Part shown: positions 1 through 11,252 of the stretch, piece after piece
Layout: each line of letters begins with the position of its first letter
How positions within the stretch are numbered: position 1 is the stretch's first letter
Source: Paraspadella gotoi
Taxonomy: Eukaryota > Animalia > Chaetognatha
Assembly (NCBI GenBank): GCA_051294375.1
Contig: CM119271.1
Coordinates: 2,699,490-2,724,094, forward strand
Length of the DNA: 24,605 nucleotides
Direction: 5' to 3'
Translations under genes and position numbers: made by a program
The notes under the pieces: generated by a model
The model's input: the letters and a program-made list of their open reading frames with translations, nothing else
The model's database searches: none
Told to the model about the DNA's origin: nothing

Positions 1-439
1 AAACACAGAAAGGGGGGAATTATGGCTGAATTTGACTATTATAACTTATAAGCGTTTTTATTCGAATGCAACAAAGTTGATTCATAAAGACATTTACTTT
101 TGCGATTTATTCCTGTTTATAGTGAAATAAAAGAACACACATTGTTCAATGCTGCTCGCAAGTCGTAACTTTTCATTCTAATATAAGTTTGGTCAGTGAT
201 ACTTTTTGTCTGTAGTAAAAAAAAACAACAACAATAACAACAACTAAAAGAGAAAATATAAATGATGCAATGAAAAGTGACAAAAACCGGATTTTGCAGA
301 CTCATCCTTCACATGGCGACAATCGCCCGCGAATGCCGGCGCGAACGGCGACAAAAAAATGCGGACGAAATGCGGAGAACAAAATGCAGACGCTTAATTC
401 GAAGCGACAAAATTGAAAAGAGAAAAAGTGAGTTTGGAA

Positions 440-495
440 CGGAAGGACGGACAGAAGGACGGACAGAAGGACGGACAGAAGGACGGACGGACAGA
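440..495. repeat. 12-bp repeat (gaaggacggaca) x4, a GGAC-type microsatellite
   Basis: Directly visible; resembles the HINE-type core at 16430. Confidence 0.85.
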
Positions 496-625
496 CGAAT
501 AATACTGAATCGATGCGAGGACTCTTTGGAAGTCGTAACTATTATCTCAGTACTATTGCCTCTCTCCTTTGCTATGAATATATTTTTAAAATATTATTTT
601 GTATATATTTTAATTTTTTTCTCGA

Positions 626-808
626 TATCTTGCCCTTGACTTTGGACAGGATATGGTGGTTTAAGGCCTCCATCACTCTTACAAAAAAATAACATAGTAG
701 GACACTGCAAGCTTTCTCAAACAAACCACCAGAATGCCTAACTCTCATATTATTGAAGTGTATCATGTCCATTTTTCAATAAACTGTTTAAATTGTAGAA
801 GAGGACCA
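626..808 (-). repeat. Inverted copy of the 9.1-9.6 kb repeat family
   Basis: tatcttgcccttgactttggacagg.t.tggtggtttaaggcctccatcactcttacaa is the reverse complement of the family core. Confidence 0.8.
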
Positions 809-887
809 ATAGTAAATATTGACGTTAAAATATATTTAACGTATTTCCTTACGTTTTCGATATCGTATTTTCTCCGTAAAACGAACC

Positions 888-1038
888 AGGATGAAAACAG
901 GTGGCATCGTCGCTGGCGGGTGACGACGGATGCCGGCGAAATCCGGGCGACGTCCAGGTGCAGGCCAGATTTGACGAGGACTTCGCGACTTTCTTGGGCG
1001 GGTTGTCAAGTGATGCGAAACCACTGTGGAAGTCGTCT
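888..1038 (-). CDS. Candidate internal exon of an unidentified gene (DDFHSGFASLDNPPKKVAKSSSNLACTWTSPGFRRHPSSPASDDATCFHP)
   Basis: GC-rich island bounded by a (CT)n tract plus ttttttcccggcag| and by G|gttcgt. The frame was chosen on codon bias only; no recognisable domain. Confidence 0.35.
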
Positions 1039-1075
1039 CTGCCGGGAAAAAAGGCGAAAAAAGGCAAAAAAAAGG

Positions 1076-1077
1076 AG

Positions 1078-1116
<39 letters not shown>

Positions 1117-1119
1117 GAG

Positions 1120-1185
<66 letters not shown>
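1076..1185. repeat. (GA)n microsatellite; others at about 1470-1512, 6277-6343, 6977-7045, 11215-11249, 24358-24390
   Basis: Directly visible. Confidence 0.95.
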
Positions 1186-1188
<3 letters not shown>

Positions 1189-1465
1189 AAAAGTTTGAAA
1201 ATTGATACATTCTCAAGCGAAAAAACATTTTGAGATGATGTTGATTTAAATTCCGCCATTATCGCCAGACTTGAAGAAAGAATCTTTTGAGTCTCGCTTA
1301 CTCTCTGCCTCAAGCCTAAATCTGATATAAGTTTTAACATTTGAAATGTTCATGTTATATTATTTTTTTTCTTCTTGTTTTTATAGGTTCTTTTTTGAAT
1401 TGATTTTGTTCAAATTTCGTTAAAAAGTTTTAAAGGGTCAGGACGCACCGCTAGTCAAAATAGAA

Positions 1466-1514
<49 letters not shown>

Positions 1515-3104
1515 CCGTTTTGTTTTGACAGAAAAAGACTTGAAAAATCACAATTCCGACAAGAAAGAGACAGAGATGATAAAGATTGAACGAAAAAGAA
1601 GGAAAAACCCAAAACAGTAAAACAAAACCTTTTCGATGGAAGGATAAGTTAGTCTTTCCTGTCTTGACATCATGAACTCACTTTGAAAGACAAAGATCGA
1701 TCGAACCTGCTTCGCCCGAAATTAATACGCGAATTTTTTTGAGAGTGCAGAACCGCAGATTGTCACGTCATTTTTTCTACGAGCACGAATTTTTAGGAAA
1801 GTTTCAAAACTCCTAAAATTGATTTGCATATTGATGTTTTGCTTTTCTACGAATATTCGTCAATTTTTTTAAACGAAGCTGAGCCGAATCTTTGAGCCAT
1901 AGAGTTTGTGACGGACAGACGTCATGGGAAGAGGGCGTCGTTCGAACTGGTTGAGGATGGGAGAGTCAGGAAAAGTTGGATTCAGTAAATTAGGGAAAAT
2001 AAAGTGTAATGTCATGAGAAAGTTTAAATATCAGAAAGAGGGCTTAATTTTCCAAAATGGTTGATGACTTGTTTTTAAGTCCTTAACACTGTTACTGTTT
2101 CTGATTATGTTAATACTGTTTTGGTATTAAAAAAAATGATGGTACAATTCCTGATCGTTTACAGGGGGTCAAAAATGCTTGAGATTAATGTCACCCATTT
2201 GGAAGTTAGTTATTTAATATTCTAATGCATCTTTGATTCGCTTTTGTTACACGATAAAAAAAAATCCTTAAGAAAATTCGTATTGTTAAAAATATTAATG
2301 TGAAAAGTTATCCCGAGTTTTATTTTTCCCACGACAGCCTTTAATATAAAAAATAGCTACTACAATGCACATATGTAAATATGTAGTGTAGTGGAAATAA
2401 AACAATAAAGAAAAAAAGAAAAAAGAGGGAAAAAAGAAAAGAGCCAAAACTCCCAGACAAATTCTCCCTCGTTTCGCAATAACTTTAATTTCTGGGTCGA
2501 ATTGTTGAAATGTTGTGACGGGGCTCGAACCCCGACCGCCTTTGTCACGTCCCGGATCTCGAGGAGAAGGCCCGCGCGACGACGCTATGACGACGACAAT
2601 GCGAACGACGACGACGACGCGATAACGTGAGAAGATTAAAACTCCGGATGTTTTTATTAATTTCAAATGTTTGACAAAAATTTGGTAAAAAACAATTTTT
2701 AAATTTAATGTTTTTTTTGTCGGTGTTCAGTCATCATTGTAAAAGTTACTTTCAAGAGACAGAGGCTGCGCAGCGCAGGATTTAAGTTGTCTACCAGTTG
2801 CGTGACAAAAGATATGAACTTATTCACAATTTCTTAAAATACAAAAGTTGATCATGTATTGAGTTTAACTTACAATTTACATCCTTTTTTCCATCATCAG
2901 AAGTCACGTTTTGTCGATGTCATTTTTGTACGTAAAACTGATTGAATTACGGAACTTGTTATATTTATATGTTAATAAAAATAATAAATGAATCTGAGTG
3001 CAGAAAGTAAGACCATTTGACAGAACAGTTTGCAAAAGACAGGGCATAGTCAATGAAAAAAATGGCGTACTGCAAACAGGCCAACTTAAAAGTAAGAAAT
3101 TCGA

Positions 3105-3175
3105 GAGGGCGCGCCCCGGGCACTGCGCAGGCGCTAAAGATACTATACATATATAAAAAACCAAAATGGCGGCGC
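3105..3175 (+). promoter_or_regulatory. Candidate core promoter: NRF1-like, TATA-like and YY1-like motifs
   Basis: TGCGCAGGCGC at 3124-3134, TATATAAAA at 3150-3158 and CAAAATGGCGGC at 3162-3173, within a CpG-rich patch. Confidence 0.35.
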
Positions 3176-3711
3176 AAAAGCAAACTATAAAAAACGTCGA
3201 CTTCTCAAGATTCGATTCAACGATTGGATTTTTTTTTCTCTTTCTTTTTATTTTTTCCTCGCACGAAAAAAATAGAACAACTGACAAACGAATAAAAACG
3301 AGAGATAAAAGGGAAATAAAACGTTGGTTGTCGAAGTTGAATCGTGAGAAATATATGACCCGTTGCCGAGTACTTTTCCTTTTTCTTTTTGCAAGTTTTA
3401 CGTTATTGAGGTCTTATCGCCCGTTACGATAACCTTAACCCGTTAAAAGTACGACGGTTGCTAAAAAATGAACGTATAAGGGTGTTCGCGATTTAGAGGT
3501 TCAGCCGCGCGAAATGAGCTAGGGAAAGTATCAACGCGGCGGATTTAGCACGCTATGCGCAATCGTCACATCTTATTGACGTCTTAAACCGCGTAGACAT
3601 AACACAAGTTTTGAGAGTCTGCAAAAGTGCGCGCTTATATCGCGTTAGAGCATCGGTTTATAAAAAAAAAGGAACTCAAAGAACAATATGATATAATATA
3701 ATATAATATAA

Positions 3712-3840
3712 TGCTATGTCATTATCTTGTAAAAGTGATGGAGGCCTTAAACCACCAAAGCCTGTCCAAGGTCAGGGGCAAGATAGCTTATTTATTAAAT
3801 GAATGGATAATTTTTATATTGGTTGTACCAATTTCATAAT
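3712..3840 (+). repeat. Partial copy of the same family embedded in an (AATAT)n microsatellite
   Basis: Near-identical to about 9190-9318. Confidence 0.82.
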
Positions 3841-4019
3841 ATAATATAATATAATATAATATAATATAATGTAATATAATATACGATACGATGTACGATA
3901 TCTATGAGAAAACTGGAACTTAATATAATAATATAATAATATAATATAATATAATATAATATAATATAATATAATATAATATAATATACGATGTACGATA
4001 TCTATGAGAAAACTGGAAC
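3836..4019. repeat. (AATAT)n microsatellite with a duplicated 33-bp unique tail (3887-3919 and 3987-4019)
   Basis: tacgatgtacgatatctatgagaaaactggaac occurs twice, 100 bp apart. Confidence 0.9.
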
Positions 4020-4459
4020 AGAAAGTAATCTAACCTTGTGTTGTGGAGATGGACCCTCTATTTCCAGAAGACAACACTAACGTCCCCATCCCAAACAGAT
4101 AAATAATACTATATTTAAATATTTAACACAAAAATATTTTAAAAAATAAATAAAATCATAAATGATAGTTATTTTAAATCTAAAAAATAAAAAATAAAGT
4201 TAGTGAAACAAGTAATTTTGCAACTTTCTTAATTTAGAGAGATAACAAAATTTTCCTTCTCTCTCTAAACTCCTTTATAAACAACAAAAATAAAGATCAA
4301 ATACAATAACTTTCATAATATAATACAATATAATGCGATAACCTTTCCGTATTATTTATATTTTGTTTATTTCATTTTTAACCAATTTTTTCTTACAGAT
4401 ATCTATTGATCGACAGAGTGACCGACTGAAAGACCAAAATATCTCTTAATGAGACGCAT

Positions 4460-4654
4460 NNNNNNNNNNNNNNNNNNNNNNNNNNNNNNNNNNNNNNNNN
4501 NNNNNNNNNNNNNNNNNNNNNNNNNNNNNNNNNNNNNNNNNNNNNNNNNNNNNNNNNNNNNNNNNNNNNNNNNNNNNNNNNNNNNNNNNNNNNNNNNNNN
4601 NNNNNNNNNNNNNNNNNNNNNNNNNNNNNNNNNNNNNNNNNNNNNNNNNNNNNN
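4460..4654. other. Assembly gap
   Basis: Run of N. Confidence 1.
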
Positions 4655-5057
4655 CGTTTTTGACGCAAGAAATATCATTAGTACGAATTCGTCGTCTTTT
4701 TCGTCTTCACCGACGTCGTCGTCGTCGTCGTTTTCGTCGTCGCCATCGTCGTCTTCGTTTCCTTTTCCGTAAAAGTTGTCTTTGTCATCGTCTTTCTCGT
4801 CGTTATCATCGTCGTTCCTTTCGTCGACGTCGCCATCTTCGTTGCCATTGCCGACGTCCACCGTCAGCATCGTCGTCACCATCGTCGTCGTCGTCTTCTT
4901 CGTTATCGTCACTATCGTCGTCGTCGTCGTCGTCGTCGTCATGGTCGTCGTCTTTGTCGTCGTTTTTTACGCCGTCGATTAAACTTCGGTTCTTCGCCGT
5001 CTCAACCTCGACCGACTCCAATTCTTAACTCCGCTTGGCAACGCCGTTAATTTCGTC

Positions 5058-5071
5058 GTAACCATGGCAAC
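5058..5071. promoter_or_regulatory. RFX X-box-like palindrome GTAACCATGGCAAC
   Basis: Matches the X-box consensus GTNRCCATGGYAAC; a second TGGCAAC half-site lies at about 5036-5042. Confidence 0.4.
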
Positions 5072-5110
5072 CGAAGCCAAGACGTAAATAAATACACCGG
5101 CTTCTGACGG

Positions 5111-5411
5111 NNNNNNNNNNNNNNNNNNNNNNNNNNNNNNNNNNNNNNNNNNNNNNNNNNNNNNNNNNNNNNNNNNNNNNNNNNNNNNNNNNNNNNNNNN
5201 NNNNNNNNNNNNNNNNNNNNNNNNNNNNNNNNNNNNNNNNNNNNNNNNNNNNNNNNNNNNNNNNNNNNNNNNNNNNNNNNNNNNNNNNNNNNNNNNNNNN
5301 NNNNNNNNNNNNNNNNNNNNNNNNNNNNNNNNNNNNNNNNNNNNNNNNNNNNNNNNNNNNNNNNNNNNNNNNNNNNNNNNNNNNNNNNNNNNNNNNNNNN
5401 NNNNNNNNNNN
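5111..5411. other. Assembly gap
   Basis: Run of N. Confidence 1.
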
Positions 5412-5591
5412 AGTTATCGTTGTACGCTTGACGCTGAAGCTCCTTTACCGGTTTTGCTATAATTTATAAATATTATTTGTAGTAGCGTACATTCACTCAC
5501 AATACAATACTTTCAAAATTCATCATGTGATAAAACGATTTTCTTTCGAAGTCTGTTTTTTTTAATTGAACATCGTCGGTAAATCGCAATC

Positions 5592-5632
<41 letters not shown>

Positions 5633-6301
5633 TCTCCTTCCACACTCAACCTTTGAATATTATCAGCCTTTTCCTTTTTTCCTGCCTTCGTAGTTTTCAT
5701 CGGGGCTCTCGTTGTTGTGCTTGTATTTGTTGTCGTTGTCGTTGTTGTCAGTCGATCGGAACGGAAACCCGAGAATTCCTCGCGAAGGCAAATTTTATTC
5801 TCTGCGTTCCTCGCTTCGTCGTCGTCGTCGTTGTTGTTGTTTGATTAATTGTCTCGGGTTTACCCACCTTGTTGTCGTCGTTATTTCTCACTCACTCACT
5901 CACTCACTCACTCACTCACGGAATCTATTGGTGCCAACCGGATCTCTTCGTCGTTACATAGGACGACAGCGTTCTCTCCAGGCACTAAGAACCACAACAA
6001 ACAACTACAACAACACACGTCTTCTTCCTCGTTATCTTTCCCTCGCTACGTTTCCCCCCGGATGCGAAGCCTTCGGATCGAAATTAAACAATTACGACTC
6101 ATCTTCTCCTCCTCCACGACTTCTTCATTCCAACTCCCCCCCCCAGCCTACCCCCCTCCCAAGACCGCCACCGTCTTCGCTCTACTGGAGTCGTTGCCCT
6201 TTGTTTGTTTACGTTCGTCCATCGATTCTTCGTCGTAACAAAAACCGAAGATTAGGAAATTGGAGAAAAAAAATAGGAGAGAGAGAGAGAGAGGGAGAGA
6301 G

Positions 6302-6343
<42 letters not shown>

Positions 6344-6973
6344 ATCCGATGCAGGAGGTAGAAAAAAGGAAAAGTTTCAGAGGTAAAAACGGACTGAAAA
6401 TTTCAACGAACCGACAGACAAGACATGATATGAAAAAAAGAATAAAAGAGAAAATCCAGAAAAAGAAAGATAGAAAGAAAAAGAAGAAAGAATAGAAAAA
6501 AAGAAAGAGAGAAAGAGCGATAAGTCAAAGGCGACGGAAATTTGAGTGAACATTGGCGGTCGGAATCCATCGCGGAAAAATCGGTCGTCGTCGTCGTCGT
6601 CGGTCGTCGTCCGTTTTCATCGCGTCAACAACGTCACCGTTCATTTTGGCGTCAGACTGCCAAGTCGCCTCGAGAGAGGGAAACGAACGAGGAGCGAGAC
6701 GAGAGAGAGACGAGCAGAGAGCAGAGAGAGAGCAGAGAGAGAGAGAGCGCGAGAGAGCAGAGGAGAGAGCAAGGAGTCGAGTTTGGTGAGGTGAGGTCAA
6801 GGTGAGGTCGAGAAGTGATAGAGGTAATGAGTGAGTGAATTGGGTTTAAAGTGATGATAGAAGTAATTAAAGTGATTTTTGAAGTGAGAGGAAGGGGAAG
6901 AGCTAAGTCGGTCGAATACGGATCAAGGAATCATGAAGGGAAGAAGGAAAAGATTTAAACCTAAAGCAGTAAA

Positions 6974-7046
<73 letters not shown>

Positions 7047-7887
7047 GAAAAGAGAGAAAGTGAATCACTAAAGAATTAACAGGTGATAAAAGTGTGAGCG
7101 GCGTTGGCAGAAAAAGTTACTTGTGAAACAATAAACAATACATGTGGACTGTGACGATTTGACCTATTTCTTGGCATCGCTTCACAATATCGTGTTTCCT
7201 GTGATGTTTATAAATAAATAATGAAAGGGAGAAAGAAAGAAATAAAGAGAAAGAAAAAAAAGAAAGAGATAAACAAAGGAAAAAAAGAACAAAGGATAGA
7301 AAGAAAGAAAGAAAGAACCAAAAATAGAAAAGAAAATAGTAAAACGACGTGACCCGACTCTTCGTTGCCCTTATTTTTTTTTGGCATCGCTCTTGTTTTG
7401 TCTGCGTAGATCCAATTCTAAACACTCGAGAGAGACTTTCTCTGTTCCTAAAGGGAGATCCAGTTACATCCCTCGATCAGCTTACATCCCTGGACGCTGC
7501 CAACGATAAACATTTAGGAAAAAAGAAAAGATATTCGTACGCTAAGAGACACTCGTTGATTCCTCGCTTATGTTCCCCCCCCCTTTTTTTTGGGGGGGGA
7601 GAGGAGAGGCGATTGTTGTTCTGTTCGTTCACAAACGAGAGAGGGAGCCAGTGGTCCGTCGGTCTGTCTCTATTTTTAGATGGCTTTCAGTGAGGGATTA
7701 GGCATCTGAGTTTTTCAGTCATTTAAAAACTGTCTATATTTGACACGCAAAGTAAATAAAAAAAAATATACACTGATAATATTTAAATAGAAAAGTGGTG
7801 GCGATATATATACATTTTGCGCCATTGCATCACTCGATATCACAACATGCTGTCACAAATCTCTATCATATCTCTATCATATCTCTA

Positions 7888-8139
7888 TCATATCCCGCGG
7901 TCGCGCTCGAAGGTCGGCGATCTCACTCCCCTCCTGCCGACGCACGATCGTCGTCCCGACGGCAGCGGATCCAAATTGCCGACGCGCGACCTTCGGCCCA
8001 AGATAGAGGTCGACTCCATGGAATACGGGTTGGCTGCGTCAGAGGCGGCGGCGGCTGCGGCGGCGGCGGCGGCGCCAGAAAGCAAGGGAACCTTTTCGAG
8101 CTGATCCGCCTCGGAGCGTCTTCTATCGTCGATGAAATC
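7888..8139 (-). CDS. SLC35G-like last exon, cytosolic tail: DFIDDRRRSEADQLEKVPLLSG(A)9...ERDRGI*
   Basis: Acceptor atctccccaag|; in frame with ORF 7888-8085; ends TGA followed by TAG. Confidence 0.72.
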   Translation of the reverse strand, partial: DFIDDRRRSEADQLEKVPLLSGAAAAAAAAAASDAANPYSMESTSILGRRSRVGNLDPLPSGRRSCVGRRGVRSPTFERDRGI

Positions 8140-11100
8140 CTTGGGGAGATAATTAATGATAGTGATAGTGTAGCAGCGATAATATTAGCTCAATAAGCTT
8201 TTTTTTTACAGATATACATGATATTTTTCTATTACTTACACAATTATTTATATTAACTATCGTGATTCTAATTGAAAATTAACATAAATTTGTAAATAAA
8301 TGTTGTTTCGGGTTGGAGCAATGACCGTACGAGACAGCTGTTATATTTATCATATATGTCATATATGTCCACTTGTACAAACTCATCATGTGCATCGTAC
8401 CTTGGCGCCCATGACGACGACGGCGCCAAATATGACGCCGGCCCCGACGCCGCTGAGAAGATTGGGCGTCTCTCCAGTGAAGACAAAAGCGAAGAGATAA
8501 GAGAAAGGAATTTCTAGAGTCGCCGTCAGCGCCACTAGTGGCGGAGTCTCCACCTTAAAAATAAACGAAGATTATTATTTATATTTCATACGGAATTTCT
8601 GTTTATAAAATATTGATTATTCTTGGACCGTTTGCGGCTCTAAAATTCCACCTGGGATTCGATTAGTCTAAAAAATAAATTTCGGATTAAAAATGGATTA
8701 GAGATTAATATTAATATATATATATATATATATTAATATCGATCGGATTGTGAAATTTGTTTACCGTATTTATCCGTTATGAAAGTCGCCCTTCCACCTA
8801 AAGAGGAAGATATGAGGGAGCGTTTAAAAATTCGTCACTGTAAATACTATTTCTGATCGCACAAGGGTCGCACACTGGTCGCACACTGGTCGCACACTCG
8901 TCAAATAGACGCCTAAAAAGAATTAAACTGCTGAGATTAAAATTTCAATGCTCAAATTAAGAATTGAATTTCAAATATCAATGGTATTCCTGTTAAAAAT
9001 ATTGATTAAACCATTATTTTGGACGTTAATTGTATAAACCTCGTCACTGAAAAAAATATATGTATTTATATTCATACAATTGAAACATTCTTTGAAATAT
9101 TAAACCACTTCATTGATAGGGAAGCCAGGTACTCTGGGAGTGAATAAACGAGAATGTGAGAGAGTGTTGTTTGAAAGCTTGCAGGGACCTGCTATGTCAT
9201 TATCTTGTAAGAGTGTTGGAGGCCTTAAACCACCAAAGCCTGTCCAAAGTCAGAGGCCAGATAGCTTATTTATTAAATGAATGAATAATTTTCATATCGG
9301 TTGTATCAATTTCATAATCATAACTCCTGCAACGAAAAATGTACCAATTTTCTTGTATTTAGATGCTAGAGCGGAATACAGTTAAGTATTCCTCTAAAGC
9401 AGTGGACCTTTTATACAATTTAAACATTTTTTGAAATATTATATCACTTCATTGCAGCCTGGTACTCTGGGAGTGAATAGACTGTACGGTGAGAGAGTCT
9501 TGATTGAAAGCTTCAAGTCTTGAAGCCATTATCTTGTTAGAATGACGGAGGCTTTAAACCACCATAGCACATCCAAATTCAGGGGCAAGAAAGCTCATTT
9601 TTTTGAATAAATGGATAATTTTATATTTCTTTTACCAATTTCATAAAAATTGTTTCATGATCGAAAAGAAAGAGCGCCTCTCTCGACTCGCTCTCCGTCT
9701 CTCTCGACTCGCTCTCCGTCTCTCTCGACTCGCTCTCCCCGTTACCTGCAGGGCGAAGGTGGTGCAGATTCTACCGACGATGTCCAAGGCGGCGACGACG
9801 ACGGCTGCGACGACGTCCTGCAGCGTCAGCGACGGCGGCGGCGTCCATCCGTTCATTCCCCAAGTGAAGAATGGGAGGAGAGCCAAGCCGACGGGAACGA
9901 AATTAAACTCCACGACGCTCCTGAAAGTTTGAGAGAAGAAATAAAATTATATCAGGATATATGACCAAGAATGTCATAGGGATGTTATGAAATAATTTTT
10001 TAAAAAATGCTTTTCTTTTTCAAATTTTTTTTTAAATTTCAATAAAAAAAAAAGAGTAAAAGTTGAGTGAAATACAGTAGGGGATAATGGTTTGATACAT
10101 TTAAGGAAACTGACACTATTTATTCAAAACAATCATGCTGACACGATTATCCGATGCGCTTTTATTATTTTACCTCTTTTTTTTTTAGACATCGTGTTAA
10201 GCCTTTCTTCTTCTTTTTTGTTTAGATAAAATCTTTAACTAAAGACGAAAATTTTCGTGAAACAACAATTTCGATACAGTTTCGATACTTCATCAGCATT
10301 CAGCCGAAACAAGTCCAATTCGATCTGAATTAAATTGTTGTTTCACGAAAATTTTAGTCTTAAGTAAATATACCTTTTTTTTAAATAGATAGACGATAGA
10401 CGTTTTATAATTTTGGAAATGGGTGTCGCTGAATTTGGAAGATCATTCATATAATTTGCATATTGCAGTTTATATTTTTAACTGAAATATTTATTACATT
10501 TATAAAAAATATTACTTCCATTAAAAACTTTGGCCTTCAAGGTAGTATTTTCTGGAGTTTTACATTTGAAAAAAAAATTACAAGATATGCAAAATTATAA
10601 TTTTTTCACTTTATATCTATTTCTTTCATGCAGTCGAAGACATTTTAATATTAGAGTATTTTAAAGTCGAAAATTGAGCGATGAGTATTCATTGGTTATT
10701 CTTTGCTTATTGATTCATTACTTTTATTTAGGAGGGGAGTAATACTTCCCGGTATTTTGGGGTAGATAATGGATTACAAATATTGACGAATGTTATTTAG
10801 TTAGGAACAAAGTAAAACAGCCCAATAACGTTAAAGTAAAATACCTCGCTGGAAATGCTTTATTGAGAAAAAGTGTGCCAGCATTAAAAAGCTTTAAGCT
10901 CATTTACATTTTGCAGGACTCAACATTTTTTTTTTAAAAATGAGAAATTCAGAAAATTTTGGAAACCTTAAAAAAGAAACAAAAACCCATTATCATCATT
11001 TTTTTATTCTTTCAAGTTATGGTTTAAAAAAAACTTTTTAGAGAAAATATAAAAAAGGAGTTTTAGTTAATTTTCAATTTTAATATGCAATTCGAGCCTT

Positions 11101-11210
11101 TTTTTTTAGTAAAAACGAAGCGCTTAATATAATTGATTGTTGTGTTTCTCATCTGATTTATTATCGTTTATTTGAGGGGAAAGCTTCGCCTTTTCGTAAT
11201 GAGCAATAAG

Positions 11211-11252
<42 letters not shown>

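Noticed and set aside
734-1340. ORFs with ERERER / SLSLSL tracts
   Set aside because: They are kept open by the (GA)n microsatellite; only the 888-1038 island is retained as an exon candidate.
2515-2550. T-arm/B-box-like hairpin CGGGG TTCGAG CCCCG on the minus strand
   Set aside because: No D-arm or full cloverleaf; it lies in a possible coding exon.
2894-2900. TCATCAG (CTGATGA on the minus strand) as another hammerhead
   Set aside because: No stem II or GAAA at the required distance.
3887-4019. 33-bp direct repeat as a target-site duplication
   Set aside because: The interior is only (AATAT)n; slippage or mis-assembly is more likely.
5566-7425. Several overlapping ORFs up to 224 aa
   Set aside because: Dominated by (TCAA)n, (CACT)n, (GTC)n and (GA)n repeats; no consistent splice model or domain was found.
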